IMG/VR virus record: IMGVR_UViG_3300026533_000002 | Coordinates: 32,001-96,000 of that record | Strand: one strand, 5' to 3' | DNA length: 64,000 nt | From: a virus | Part shown: piece after piece, positions 1-9,476 of the stretch | How positions within the stretch are numbered: position 1 is the stretch's first letter | Layout: each line of letters starts with the position of its first letter | Notes under the pieces: model-generated | Told to the model about the DNA's origin: nothing | The model's database searches: none | What the model saw: only the letters and a program-made list of their open reading frames with translations | Made by a program: the position numbers and the translations under genes

Positions 1-181
1 CCAACGCGTCTGTCTCTGACTTACAACCCATAACACCAATTATATGCAGTTCAACAGGATTTGCTGTTTGTAAATTTGAAAGCCTAGCATTAACGTCATT
101 AGACTTACCAATTTTTACAGTAGTATCGTAACCTATTAAGTACACGTAAGATTTAAATCCAAAAATTGACTTAGTCTTCAT
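1..181 (-). CDS. T5orf172/GIY-YIG-like domain protein (runs off window edge)
   Basis: Own translation from ATG at 181: MKTKSIFGFKSYVYLIGYDTTVKIGKSNDVNARLSNLQTANP, matching the VY-I...KIG-S...RL--LQT-NP pattern. Confidence 0.75.
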   Translation of the reverse strand, partial: MKTKSIFGFKSYVYLIGYDTTVKIGKSNDVNARLSNLQTANPVELHIIGVMGCKSETDAL

Positions 182-182
182 T

Positions 183-377
183 CTAGCCAACTCTCTTATC
201 AAACTTATCAGGATTATCAATCTCATCAGTATTATGTAGCCATACATAAGCACCTATAGCAACTAATGCTATTAATGGCGTTAAGAAGTACATAATAGCT
301 ATAATACTTACTATTAAGAATATAGCTACTGGCAATGCTAGTAAGACACTAATTAGTTCTCTCATTATAGTCTCCAC
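183..377 (-). CDS. small membrane protein
   Basis: 64 aa with a long hydrophobic stretch. Confidence 0.55.
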   Translation of the reverse strand: METIMRELISVLLALPVAIFLIVSIIAIMYFLTPLIALVAIGAYVWLHNTDEIDNPDKFDKRVG

Positions 378-1846
378 CCAGCTAACCCAGTCTTTTCTTT
401 GAGTAAGTCAGTACCTTTTAAAGTATGACGAGCTCTAGTAATAGCTACATAATATAGCTTTAACTCAGTCTCAGCTTCAGCCTTCTGTTTAGGTGTACCT
501 GATATTTGCCATCTAAGGGCTCTGTCTACTGTAGTGTCTACATCAGGTGCTAATACTACTGTATCAGCCTCCAAACCTTTAGAGGAATGGCAGCTAGTAC
601 ACACTAGAGTAGTAGGAGTGTTCAGATTCTTATCTACAAAAGCCTTAAGCTTAAGTAATCTAGCAGCATTGTTCTTAAGCACTACATTAACACCCCTAAC
701 AATCTCTTCATCATACTTTAGTTCAGCCTTTATATACTCTAATAGAGACTCATGATTAGCCTTTATATAAGGATTAGTATTCCATGAGTTACGGTACTTC
801 TCTAGTAACTTATACTGGTGTACCTTAATAGGCTCACCATTATCTAAGTTAGCTAGTACTAATGGGAGCTCTAGTATAGTGTCTATCTTACGAGTAGTCT
901 TAAAGGCTTTACCTTTATCCATATTCCTAAGCATCTCAGCTACTAAAGAACCATTAGTTCTAGCTATATACATAGTGGAGTTGGTAGTAACTTTAGAGTA
1001 CTTGAATCCTCTAAATACAAACTCTTTATCAACATTAGTTCTCATAAAGGACTCAACTTTCTTAGCTAGTGGTTCTGATACTCTAAATGATTGAGTAAGG
1101 TTAACAGTAGTACCTACATCTTTAAAGTAATCAAAGGCATTAGTACAGAACATAAATGTAAAGATAGCTTGATGTGGGTCACCTACTATAATCTTAGTAT
1201 CAGCCTTTAATAGTTTAAACACTTCTATTGTAAGATTAGTTAAGTCACCTGCCTCATCTATCATAAGTAAATCATACCTAGGTACTTTAATCTCACCTAG
1301 TCCTAGCATAATATGAAAGAACTTAAGGTAGAAGCTATGAGTACATTTAATTACACCAGTAGCCATTAAGTCTAAGTGTTCATCTACACTATCTATAACA
1401 TACTGTTTAGCATTGGTTGTAGCGAAGTAAGACTCTGAATCAGTATAACCTGATAATAAGAATTCTTCTAAGTGTTTGATTATAACTTTCCTTTCCCCAT
1501 AGTTAAGCCTACCTCTAAGGTCTCTAGCATTGAAGAAGCCTACATCTAACCCATACTGTCTTACTGTATATTTATAAGCTAGTGAATGTATAGTGCTACA
1601 CTCTGTATTACTAGGGAACTTAGTAGATGACTCATCAGCCATAGCTTTACTAAATGTAAGGTATAGCTGTTTAGAGCTGGGCCCAAAGCGTTCAGCTATC
1701 TCAGTTATACTGGTAGTTTTACTGCTACCACTGACTGCTGATACTTTTACAAAGTTTACATTAGGATCTAATGCTGTATCAAACAGGTGTAGTTGTTCCT
1801 TAGTCCAGTCAAAGCCTTCTTTACTCTTAGTTAACGATCTTGTCAT
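365..1846 (-). CDS. SF1 (UvrD-like) helicase
   Basis: AVSGSSKTT Walker A variant, IDEAGD, VGDPHQAIF, LTQSFR, HSSKGLE, YVAITRAR. Confidence 0.9.
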   Translation of the reverse strand: MTRSLTKSKEGFDWTKEQLHLFDTALDPNVNFVKVSAVSGSSKTTSITEIAERFGPSSKQLYLTFSKAMADESSTKFPSNTECSTIHSLAYKYTVRQYGLDVGFFNARDLRGRLNYGERKVIIKHLEEFLLSGYTDSESYFATTNAKQYVIDSVDEHLDLMATGVIKCTHSFYLKFFHIMLGLGEIKVPRYDLLMIDEAGDLTNLTIEVFKLLKADTKIIVGDPHQAIFTFMFCTNAFDYFKDVGTTVNLTQSFRVSEPLAKKVESFMRTNVDKEFVFRGFKYSKVTTNSTMYIARTNGSLVAEMLRNMDKGKAFKTTRKIDTILELPLVLANLDNGEPIKVHQYKLLEKYRNSWNTNPYIKANHESLLEYIKAELKYDEEIVRGVNVVLKNNAARLLKLKAFVDKNLNTPTTLVCTSCHSSKGLEADTVVLAPDVDTTVDRALRWQISGTPKQKAEAETELKLYYVAITRARHTLKGTDLLKEKTGLAGWRL

Positions 1847-1893
1847 CTTATTCCTTAGTAATACTACTATAAGCCTAGCTTATAATAATTATA

Positions 1894-2064
1894 TTATTTA
1901 TTTATATTAAGTCTATCAAAGACCCAATTCATATACATACCTCTTAAGGCAACTTCAGCTTGGTAAGCTTCTCTTTGAGCCATAGCTCTACTTGTAATAG
2001 TAATAGCTCTTATGTTCTCTGCGTTTATAACTAATGGGTTACCTTGTGTGTTATTGTCTTGCAT
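1894..2064 (-). CDS. hypothetical 56-aa protein (not in ORF track)
   Basis: MQDNNTQGNPLV...FDRLNINK fills the gap, start overlaps the upstream gene end. Confidence 0.5.
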   Translation of the reverse strand: MQDNNTQGNPLVINAENIRAITITSRAMAQREAYQAEVALRGMYMNWVFDRLNINK

Positions 2065-2566
2065 CTAATATCTCCTGTAATTTAGCTTCAGGGCCTACCC
2101 ATCCACTTGGTTTAGTTTGTTTACCTGACTCATCTACTGGAGCATCTAATTTAGCCATATTAGCTTCAGATACTACTTTAAACATACTATCAATTTGATC
2201 AACTGTTAAACCCATCTTAGCTAGTTTACCTATATTGTAAACAACTATATCTATAGACTTATCAACCTCTTGTACATCAGTTAGAGGAGGTACATCAAAC
2301 TTTAATGCCCCTTCTTTCAATGCATTAGCAAGACTTAGCCCTAACTGTCTAGAAGTAGGGTAATATGGGTCACCTGGTTTAAAAGGATTACCATTAGCGT
2401 CTAATGTATTGTAACACTCTTCAAACCCTTCGAAGCACTCTTCTAAAGTGTAGCTGAGTTCATTAAAGGAATCCATTGGCTTATCTAGGAAACCTGCCTT
2501 AGAATTAAACTCATAGATATCTTGTATTAAACTAGATGTCAAGTTTAAGAGCCTCTGATACAGCAT
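2051..2566 (-). CDS. MazG-like/PRA-PH-like NTP pyrophosphohydrolase
   Basis: EE-x-x-E helix, D-x-x-D, V-x-x-ANM-x-K...GK-x-x-KP-x-GW-x-x-PE C-terminal motif. Confidence 0.75.
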   Translation of the reverse strand: MLYQRLLNLTSSLIQDIYEFNSKAGFLDKPMDSFNELSYTLEECFEGFEECYNTLDANGNPFKPGDPYYPTSRQLGLSLANALKEGALKFDVPPLTDVQEVDKSIDIVVYNIGKLAKMGLTVDQIDSMFKVVSEANMAKLDAPVDESGKQTKPSGWVGPEAKLQEILDARQ

Positions 2567-2864
2567 GAACTAAAGTATTTAATTCATTAGCATTAGAAAT
2601 ATCTCTTTCACCAGTAATAACTGCATCAAGATACTTGTTAATAACTATTGACATCTTAGTCTCAATACATAAAGTATCTAAGTCAATTACTTCTGAGTCA
2701 CACTCACTACAATCTTGGCTCTCTTCTTTATTACGTTCTTCATTAGAAGTATTAGGTTGCAAGTCTTTCACTAAGTCATTTACCATATCTTCTAGGCTAG
2801 AGTACTTTGAAGTTGCTTCTCTGATACTACCTTTTAACATTTCCATTAATTCTTTTTCTGTCAT
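2532..2864 (-). CDS. hypothetical protein
   Basis: 110-aa ORF with AAGGA RBS. Confidence 0.6.
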   Translation of the reverse strand: MTEKELMEMLKGSIREATSKYSSLEDMVNDLVKDLQPNTSNEERNKEESQDCSECDSEVIDLDTLCIETKMSIVINKYLDAVITGERDISNANELNTLVHAVSEALKLDI

Positions 2865-2874
2865 TTGTATTCCT

Positions 2875-3492
2875 TTATTTGTTTTTACGTTTAGCAGCTA
2901 TCTCTTCTAATAACACTAAGTTATCGTCTTCTTTAGCTATTAGTCTCTCTCTAACTTCACTACTACTTAACCAGATATCTTCATCATTAATGATTGCTTC
3001 TATCTCTTCGGTAGTGAAGAAACCTTCATGTACTTCTTTGAATGAAGATGCTAACTCTCTAGACATAAACTCCATCTGAGATTTAATCTCCCCACCCTTA
3101 CCTTGAACTCCTCCACTATAGTTATGGGATAACCAAGACAAATGATCACCTACAGTAATTCTATCACAAGATAAAGCTATAATTGTAGATATGGAAGCTA
3201 CTGTACCAGTAATGTAAGCTTCTACATGGGCTTTACTAGCTTTAACAGCATTGATTAACATAAAGCCTGAATCAACAAAGCCACCACCATTATTTATATG
3301 GATAGTAAATGTATCATGTCTATCTGCATTTAATAAGGCTGCATACACCTTAGTATACTCAGCAGGAGCTTCTATACTGTCATGGAGGTATACATCTGTA
3401 TGATGACCTTTAGTTATTTGAGGGACATAATCGTCCCATACTGTATGAGGTTTGGTAGTACTACCACATTGCTCTACAACTCTTTCTTCCAT
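2875..3492 (-). CDS. ClpP-like (S14) serine protease
   Basis: INNGGGFV, VASIS (catalytic Ser), SHNYS (His), DIWLS (Asp). Confidence 0.8.
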   Translation of the reverse strand: MEERVVEQCGSTTKPHTVWDDYVPQITKGHHTDVYLHDSIEAPAEYTKVYAALLNADRHDTFTIHINNGGGFVDSGFMLINAVKASKAHVEAYITGTVASISTIIALSCDRITVGDHLSWLSHNYSGGVQGKGGEIKSQMEFMSRELASSFKEVHEGFFTTEEIEAIINDEDIWLSSSEVRERLIAKEDDNLVLLEEIAAKRKNK

Positions 3493-3613
3493 CCATTTCC
3501 TTTATAATTTATACGTTACATACAACGTTTTAAGTACTGTATTAGCTACGATCACTAGTTATAGCAGTAAGACTACCGATAACTATTATCGCGGCTTATA
3601 GAGCAAGTATAGG

Positions 3614-4705
3614 TTATTCCACAGCTTCACCTTTACTATCTACAGCTCTAAACATAAGACCAACTGGCTTTAACGGTTTATTATCCTTACTGTAACGTTC
3701 GAACTCAACCTTTAAATACTTGCCAATGTTGTTAGGAGCCTCTTCAGCGTCTTTCAACCTATCTTCAGCACTACCTTTCCTCTTACAAGAGAACGTAGCT
3801 CCTTGACCTGTTATCAGCTCATATACAACGTGTTTATTCTTATCCAGCTTAAACCCTACTACTTTGAACTCTTCATCCATAGCTTTCTTGAACTTAAACA
3901 CATCTAATGATCTAGTATTGTATTTGTATAGCCCTTTAGAGTTACGAACAATCAAACCTTCATAACCTGCTACGATAGCTTGATTAAATTGCATTTCTAT
4001 ATCATCTTCATCGTAAGCAGCTCCAACCATAACTAATGGTATATTCGGAGTGTCAGCTTTAGCAGATAAGTCATACATAGCTTTACACCTAGTAGCGTAG
4101 TCACCTTCAACTTCGGGGAAGTCAAACACATAGAACTTTAGCTGTTTAGTTAACTCGTTAGGCTTCTTAACAGCAGATGTTATATCTTGTAGATATTCTC
4201 CATGAATGTAAAGCTCTCCATTAATAGAGTTAGTGCCTAATACTTCTAAAAGCTCTAGAACTTCTGCTCTGTGCTGTTCAGGAATACAATACTCTTCACC
4301 ACCTCTTGATAGAAGCTTAAGCTTTCCATCTACTAATCTATATTCCCCATTAATACCGTCCAGCTTGACACTAGTATAACAAGGGAATACCACTTTACTC
4401 TTATGCTTTACATACTCATTAACCTTCATAGGTAATAATACTGTAGGAGTAGAGTCTCTATCAATAGAGTAACCACTCTTAAGCTTTTTAGCATGTACTG
4501 ACTGAGCTTCTGCTAGAGCTTGTTGTTCGGGAGTAGTCTCATTCTTCTTACCTACATTCTTACTAAAACATTCAGTAGTTTTAGATTGGAACTTGCCGTC
4601 AACTTTACCCCATTCAACAGTATAAGTATTATCTTCTACTGTTATTCTAAACTCTTGAGTAGAGCCTTTAGCGTTAGTCTTGTATAATATTTGTAATGCT
4701 ACTAT
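3614..4705 (-). CDS. ATP-dependent DNA ligase (start extended to ATA at 4705)
   Basis: KLDG, NGELY, FYVFD, YEGLIVR, KFK; 92 in-frame codons upstream of the track's Met encode the typical LYK...KNVGKKNETTPEQQALAEA...KSGY N-terminal domain. Confidence 0.9.
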   Translation of the reverse strand: MVALQILYKTNAKGSTQEFRITVEDNTYTVEWGKVDGKFQSKTTECFSKNVGKKNETTPEQQALAEAQSVHAKKLKSGYSIDRDSTPTVLLPMKVNEYVKHKSKVVFPCYTSVKLDGINGEYRLVDGKLKLLSRGGEEYCIPEQHRAEVLELLEVLGTNSINGELYIHGEYLQDITSAVKKPNELTKQLKFYVFDFPEVEGDYATRCKAMYDLSAKADTPNIPLVMVGAAYDEDDIEMQFNQAIVAGYEGLIVRNSKGLYKYNTRSLDVFKFKKAMDEEFKVVGFKLDKNKHVVYELITGQGATFSCKRKGSAEDRLKDAEEAPNNIGKYLKVEFERYSKDNKPLKPVGLMFRAVDSKGEAVE

Positions 4706-4824
4706 GATTTATCCTTTACTGTTTCTTTATACCATCTAGATTGAATTCTGTAATTAAGCACAGAAGCTATAGACCCAGCCATTATAAATGGCAAAGCTAT
4801 TATGTAGTATGTACTACAAGTCAT
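4702..4824 (-). CDS. 40-aa membrane peptide (not in ORF track)
   Basis: MTCSTYYIIALPFIMAGSIASVLNYRIQSRWYKETVKDKS; ATGA overlap with upstream gene, TAG overlaps ligase ATA. Confidence 0.55.
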   Translation of the reverse strand: MTCSTYYIIALPFIMAGSIASVLNYRIQSRWYKETVKDKS

Positions 4825-5162
4825 CTGTAACTCCACTCTATACCAGCTATATTCCAATAGTTATGAATTGTAACTTCATTGTATTGAGATTCGATAGAGT
4901 TTAGTACATCTAAGTACCTAGTGTATGCAGCTATCTTAACATCATCAGAGTCATTCTGACCTTTCTCTCTACTGTGGTACTTATATATTGCTACACGGCA
5001 ATAACCTACCATATCTCTTACAGAGTAAATCTTCTCCATCTTTTCAATAGTAGACTCTTCTCCGTTATCATAATGTTTATTAAGTAACTCTCCATTCTCA
5101 TCAAGAGTTAGTACAGGGTGTAACTTAGGCATTAGTACTCTCATCAAATCTGCTAAGGTCAT
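4821..5162 (-). CDS. DUF3310-like protein
   Basis: AIYKYHSREKGQNDSDDVKIAAY resembles KY-x-x-R-x-K-G...D-x-x-K-x-x-x-Y. Confidence 0.5.
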   Translation of the reverse strand: MTLADLMRVLMPKLHPVLTLDENGELLNKHYDNGEESTIEKMEKIYSVRDMVGYCRVAIYKYHSREKGQNDSDDVKIAAYTRYLDVLNSIESQYNEVTIHNYWNIAGIEWSYR

Positions 5163-6147
5163 CTTGTATAGTGCCTTTAGAATACTGAGTACTCTTCATC
5201 TCTTGCTGAGAAACTTGCTTGTTATTTGGATTCCTAGCATGATTGAACCAGTCCACAAAGCTATCTGGTTTTATAGTTTCAATATCCTTGTAACCTATAT
5301 CTCTTAAAGCCTTATTATGAGAGTACCTAATGAAGTTCTCGCCAATAGCTTTGTTATATCCAGGTATTGGACCATCTTTCTGCAGATACTCATTCCAAAG
5401 TAACTCTTGTTCTAGTACCTTGTCTGCTATCTCTTTAACTAGCTCAACATCAAAACCATACTGTTTAATAGCTAACTTTATAGCTATACTATTAGTAGGT
5501 ACATGGATCTCAAGCTCTTCTTCAGATATTCTACTAATTAGCTGAGCAAAACCGTTAATGGCATTACCTGAGCCTTTATTTATAGATAAAGTAACAAAGA
5601 AACTAAATGGAAATTTAACTCTTTCAAGTATGTATGTAGCTACAACTAGCTTAAATATGTTAATAGGGGACGGATCCTCTATGACAGCACTTAAGTAATC
5701 TATCTCAGAATCTAACCTCCTACTAACAACTGGATCTGCTTCAACTTCATTAATAACTCTTGTAGCATCCGACCCAAACATTTGAACTAGTCCATCAGAG
5801 TATGAAGTAGCATGAATAGTTTCAGTGAAACCTATCTGTGTGTAGGACAATGCTAAGTCAGCACTGTAGGTATGCTGAGCTAGTCTACTATAGACGCCAA
5901 CAACTTCACTATCCATAAGTGTTTGATATCCGTTATTTAAGATAAACATACGCTGCTGTGTTTCTGTCATAGTTTTAAACCCTAAGCTATCCTTAGAGAA
6001 ATCTACCATTTTGGTAGTCCAAAATAAGGCTAGGGATGATTCCCATAACCTTCTTAAATCAGGGTACTCTACTGTATCAGTACGTAAGAATACTCCATCA
6101 CCTTTGTAATTATCAAATATATTCAAATTATGCTCCACAAGAATCAC
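5125..6147 (-). CDS. nrdB: ribonucleotide reductase class Ia beta subunit
   Basis: FW, LMDS, ETIHATSY (radical Tyr), ILE, EELEIH metal ligands; adjacent to nrdA. Confidence 0.9.
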   Translation of the reverse strand: MILVEHNLNIFDNYKGDGVFLRTDTVEYPDLRRLWESSLALFWTTKMVDFSKDSLGFKTMTETQQRMFILNNGYQTLMDSEVVGVYSRLAQHTYSADLALSYTQIGFTETIHATSYSDGLVQMFGSDATRVINEVEADPVVSRRLDSEIDYLSAVIEDPSPINIFKLVVATYILERVKFPFSFFVTLSINKGSGNAINGFAQLISRISEEELEIHVPTNSIAIKLAIKQYGFDVELVKEIADKVLEQELLWNEYLQKDGPIPGYNKAIGENFIRYSHNKALRDIGYKDIETIKPDSFVDWFNHARNPNNKQVSQQEMKSTQYSKGTIQDDLSRFDESTNA

Positions 6148-8713
6148 ATTGTTCAGCTATAGCTGTAGAAGATTGTAAGTAGTAAAGAGATAATAGCCCT
6201 AACTCTTCAGCTAAGATTATATCACTTATAATATCATAGGCACTATCAGAGTTACTCATGTAAGTATTTACTGATTGTCCTTGAGCCATTTCACCAAGAC
6301 ACTCTTGTCTTATAGCTGCTAACGAGTACAGTGCTTTAGTAGGTATATCACCTGCTATAGAGTACTTAGAACCGAGAGAACTTAGTTCAGGAGCTAATTG
6401 CTTAGTGGAGTACGTACCTGTTTTTTCAGCCAATAGCTTGCTAACAGGCTCAATACCTTCAGTGGCATTTATTATAAGGCTAGAAGTACTAGTAGGAGCT
6501 ATAGCAAATAAGGTAGCAAAACGAGATGGTACTGACTGAGAAGTTTTATTAAAGAACTGGAAGGATCCTCTAGACTTAGCTAGTAGCCTAGACTCTTCTA
6601 CAAAAACATCTCTCATAGACGAGCTAAGTTCTTTCATGAGCTCTCTAGCTTCTTCACTATCGAAAGGTAAGCCTTTACTAGCAAATAAGTAGGCTAGGTT
6701 ATTCATACCTATACCAATAGCTCTAAATCCTCTATTAAACAACTCTCCATCAGCAGTTGGGTAGTATTGCCATTCAATTAAATTATCAGAACCTTCTAGA
6801 AGTTCTTTAGCTAGTGAATGTTTAGCAGGTGTATCTAGCTTATCCCATGCTGCTACATTTATAGAACTTAAGTTACATAAAGCAGTTAATCCTGTCTCTT
6901 CTATAGTTGTGGTTGTAAACTTACAATCACTCATAGACATGCTTAACTTAGCTTTATTAAACTTAGAAGCTTTAGTTGGTAACATTATCTCTGTACAGTT
7001 ACCAGTCAATACTCCATTAAATACTAATTTATTATTTCTAGGAGAAGTACCGCAATAGATAGGTTGAGAGCCTTCTAGTAATCTAATGCCAGAAATAGTA
7101 CCGCCATTTACAGGTTCTCCAGAATCTGCATCAATGTGTCCTTCAAGTATCATGCCTTTAGTAAGTTCTTTAGTTCTAAACATTTGCCCAGCAGAGTTAT
7201 ACCATTTATGATAGTCCGAGGCTTTAATGGTTACACTTGTATCTCCTGTAGTTACACTGATAGAGTATATTTTATTATAGCCATTATGGGTCTTAAACAA
7301 TGGTGTCTCTACCCACTGTTCTCCATCCCAACACTCAAGTGTCTGACCAGCTACCTCTGAGATAGGTACATTGCCAAACTCTTTTGTAAGTATTTTAGTA
7401 TCTCCAGTTACACACGCGTTACTTGAGTGTATAGTATCATTAAAAGTAGATTGCTCATTAGCATTATCAGAAAAGAATATGTAAATATTACCAGTCTCAG
7501 ATCTTTGCTTAGCTAATTCATATGCTATGGCCCTAGCGCTTATAACTGTCTTAGTAAGCCCGTTATCTATTGCTTGTTGATATAAATCTTCAAACTCAGT
7601 ACCCCAAGTATTTAAGAGTTCAGGTACATCCTTAGGATCGAATAAGTGTACATCAGAACCTGATTCAATAGCTCTTAAGAAGAGTCTATTAACTTTCAAA
7701 GTATACTTAAGATTCCTAGCTCTTTGGTTCTCTTGACCACCTTCATCAAGTAACAGTAGTAAAGACATAATATCAGCATGCCACCATTGATATGTTACTA
7801 TACATATACCAGGACGTGTTCCTGATTGATTAAAACCTTCTACTGCAGCTTGAAACTTTCTAATAAAAGGTATTGGTCCTGATGACACACCTTTAGATCC
7901 AATAGTAGATCCACTAGCTCTAAATGCACTTACATCGGCAGCATTGCCTCCATCATGTCTAGAGTATTGACCTATATCTGAAGTAACTTTGTTTATTGAT
8001 TCAGTATTATCATCTGGCTTATGAACACAGCAAGAAGCACCTTGCATATTAAATGTTAGACTATTCTTCCATTTAGGAGTTGCTTCAGTATACAGTCCGA
8101 GAGATAAATTATCATACCTAGATATAATCTTATCTATTCTAGTAGGACTTTCATCTAGTAAGTAAGACTGTATAGCAAGTCTCATAAAACCATGTTGAAG
8201 TAGTTCATAACTACCATTATGGTTTTTACTATACTTTGAAAAGAATGTTGACATACCTAGGTATGAGGATAACTTATCTCTAGATGGATTTATAGCTTTA
8301 GACAGAGTAGTTAACTCGTCATCAGTAAAGTGTTTAGTAACATCTACGATGATACCTGCATCACTAAACTTCTTAAGTACTTTAGGTAAACTAGGGTAAA
8401 AGTTTCTAGTCATATTCCATGACGACTTATACATCTTCTGAAGGTATAAGTTAAGTAGTACTTTATCGTAAACTGGCGATATTCTAGAGATTAGGTTATA
8501 AGTAGTATCCATAACCTCATCATATAATAAAGCTATTGGTATTCTATCGTATATACGTATTTTAGTTGCTTCTAGTATACTATTAGCTATTACTTCATTC
8601 CCGTCTGCTGCCCATAGTAGCACCTTGTATAATTTATCTGGATTGTATGGTTCAACTTTACCAGAACGTTTAACAACTAAATGTTTTTTAGAGTTTTCTA
8701 ATTCTATTGCCAT
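6128..8713 (-). CDS. nrdA: ribonucleotide reductase class Ia alpha subunit, intein-containing
   Basis: N-terminal ATP cone VVKRSG, ATP, ASCC, SN-x-CTE (interrupted), CNLSSIN, IAPTSTSS, SLYY, CDSC. Confidence 0.95.
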   Translation of the reverse strand: MAIELENSKKHLVVKRSGKVEPYNPDKLYKVLLWAADGNEVIANSILEATKIRIYDRIPIALLYDEVMDTTYNLISRISPVYDKVLLNLYLQKMYKSSWNMTRNFYPSLPKVLKKFSDAGIIVDVTKHFTDDELTTLSKAINPSRDKLSSYLGMSTFFSKYSKNHNGSYELLQHGFMRLAIQSYLLDESPTRIDKIISRYDNLSLGLYTEATPKWKNSLTFNMQGASCCVHKPDDNTESINKVTSDIGQYSRHDGGNAADVSAFRASGSTIGSKGVSSGPIPFIRKFQAAVEGFNQSGTRPGICIVTYQWWHADIMSLLLLLDEGGQENQRARNLKYTLKVNRLFLRAIESGSDVHLFDPKDVPELLNTWGTEFEDLYQQAIDNGLTKTVISARAIAYELAKQRSETGNIYIFFSDNANEQSTFNDTIHSSNACVTGDTKILTKEFGNVPISEVAGQTLECWDGEQWVETPLFKTHNGYNKIYSISVTTGDTSVTIKASDYHKWYNSAGQMFRTKELTKGMILEGHIDADSGEPVNGGTISGIRLLEGSQPIYCGTSPRNNKLVFNGVLTGNCTEIMLPTKASKFNKAKLSMSMSDCKFTTTTIEETGLTALCNLSSINVAAWDKLDTPAKHSLAKELLEGSDNLIEWQYYPTADGELFNRGFRAIGIGMNNLAYLFASKGLPFDSEEARELMKELSSSMRDVFVEESRLLAKSRGSFQFFNKTSQSVPSRFATLFAIAPTSTSSLIINATEGIEPVSKLLAEKTGTYSTKQLAPELSSLGSKYSIAGDIPTKALYSLAAIRQECLGEMAQGQSVNTYMSNSDSAYDIISDIILAEELGLLSLYYLQSSTAIAEQCDSCGA
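6998..7414 (-). mobile_element. 139-aa mini-intein in NrdA
   Basis: Starts CVTGDTKILT, block B ASDYHKW, ends NGVLTGN followed by extein CTE; no endonuclease domain. Confidence 0.9.
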
Positions 8714-8752
8714 TCATTGCCCTCCTTGTTTATTTATTAATTTATTATTTAG

Positions 8753-8800
8753 TATTACTGTAAGGTATCGACCCCTATTTACTATCGTTTAGCAGTAATA
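8753..8800 (-). promoter_or_regulatory. tRNA-half-like structured leader element upstream of nrdA
   Basis: TATTACTG-linker-TAGGG GTCGATA CCTTA-CAGTAATA: 8-bp stem plus 5-bp stem with 7-nt loop. Confidence 0.45.
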
Positions 8801-8918
8801 TATTTATTAGTGTATGTAGCACCAAAAGCATAGCTCTCAGCACCTCATACTTTGATGTGAAGGCATAGTTAGCAGTTACACTACAACTAGTACCTTTCAT
8901 TACTTTAAGAGCTTATAC

Positions 8919-9281
8919 CTAAAGTATAAAGCGTTTAGACTCGTAAAGTTCTTCACAATAAGCATCTACACCAATATTATCAGTAAATGGCACTGTAACT
9001 CTATCAGAGCCCCAGTAACCTACTACTTCGTTAGTATTAGTACTGATGTAAATAGAAGGACCACCTAGAGCAACAGCTATCTTAGCACCTTTATAGTCTA
9101 AGTCGCTAGTAATAGTGTACTCTATATCAAATGAGCCTTCTAGGTAAGTAGAAGCTGAAACATTTTCACCTAATTCCCAGTCATCATACTCATCTATATT
9201 AGATTCATCCATAACAATACCATTAGTTAGTTCGTTAGCTATACTTTTACAAGATAGCTCTAGCTGCTCTTTAGTGTTCAT
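8919..9281 (-). CDS. acidic hypothetical phage protein
   Basis: 120 aa with GAKIAVALGGPSIYI...GYWG pattern. Confidence 0.6.
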   Translation of the reverse strand: MNTKEQLELSCKSIANELTNGIVMDESNIDEYDDWELGENVSASTYLEGSFDIEYTITSDLDYKGAKIAVALGGPSIYISTNTNEVVGYWGSDRVTVPFTDNIGVDAYCEELYESKRFIL

Positions 9282-9284
9282 TTA

Positions 9285-9458
9285 CTAAGACTTGTCTGCT
9301 GCTACCAAAGCCGCTCTACAAGGAGTTACACCTTTCTTAATTTCACCTAATGTTACACGGATACGTTTAGACTCTGCTTTAGTTGCTTTAGCTTCATATT
9401 TCTCAATCATTTCTACTGCTGCTACTAAGTTCTCTTTCATTGCTGTTAATTCGTTCAT
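9285..9458 (-). CDS. Hc1-like histone-like helical protein, 57 aa (not in ORF track)
   Basis: MNELTAMKENLVAAVEMIEKYEAKATKAESKRIRVTLGEIKKGVTPCRAALVAADKS with AAAGGA RBS; KA-x-x-x-R-x-R pattern. Confidence 0.6.
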   Translation of the reverse strand: MNELTAMKENLVAAVEMIEKYEAKATKAESKRIRVTLGEIKKGVTPCRAALVAADKS

Positions 9459-9476
9459 TTGTTTTCCTTTTGGTTT

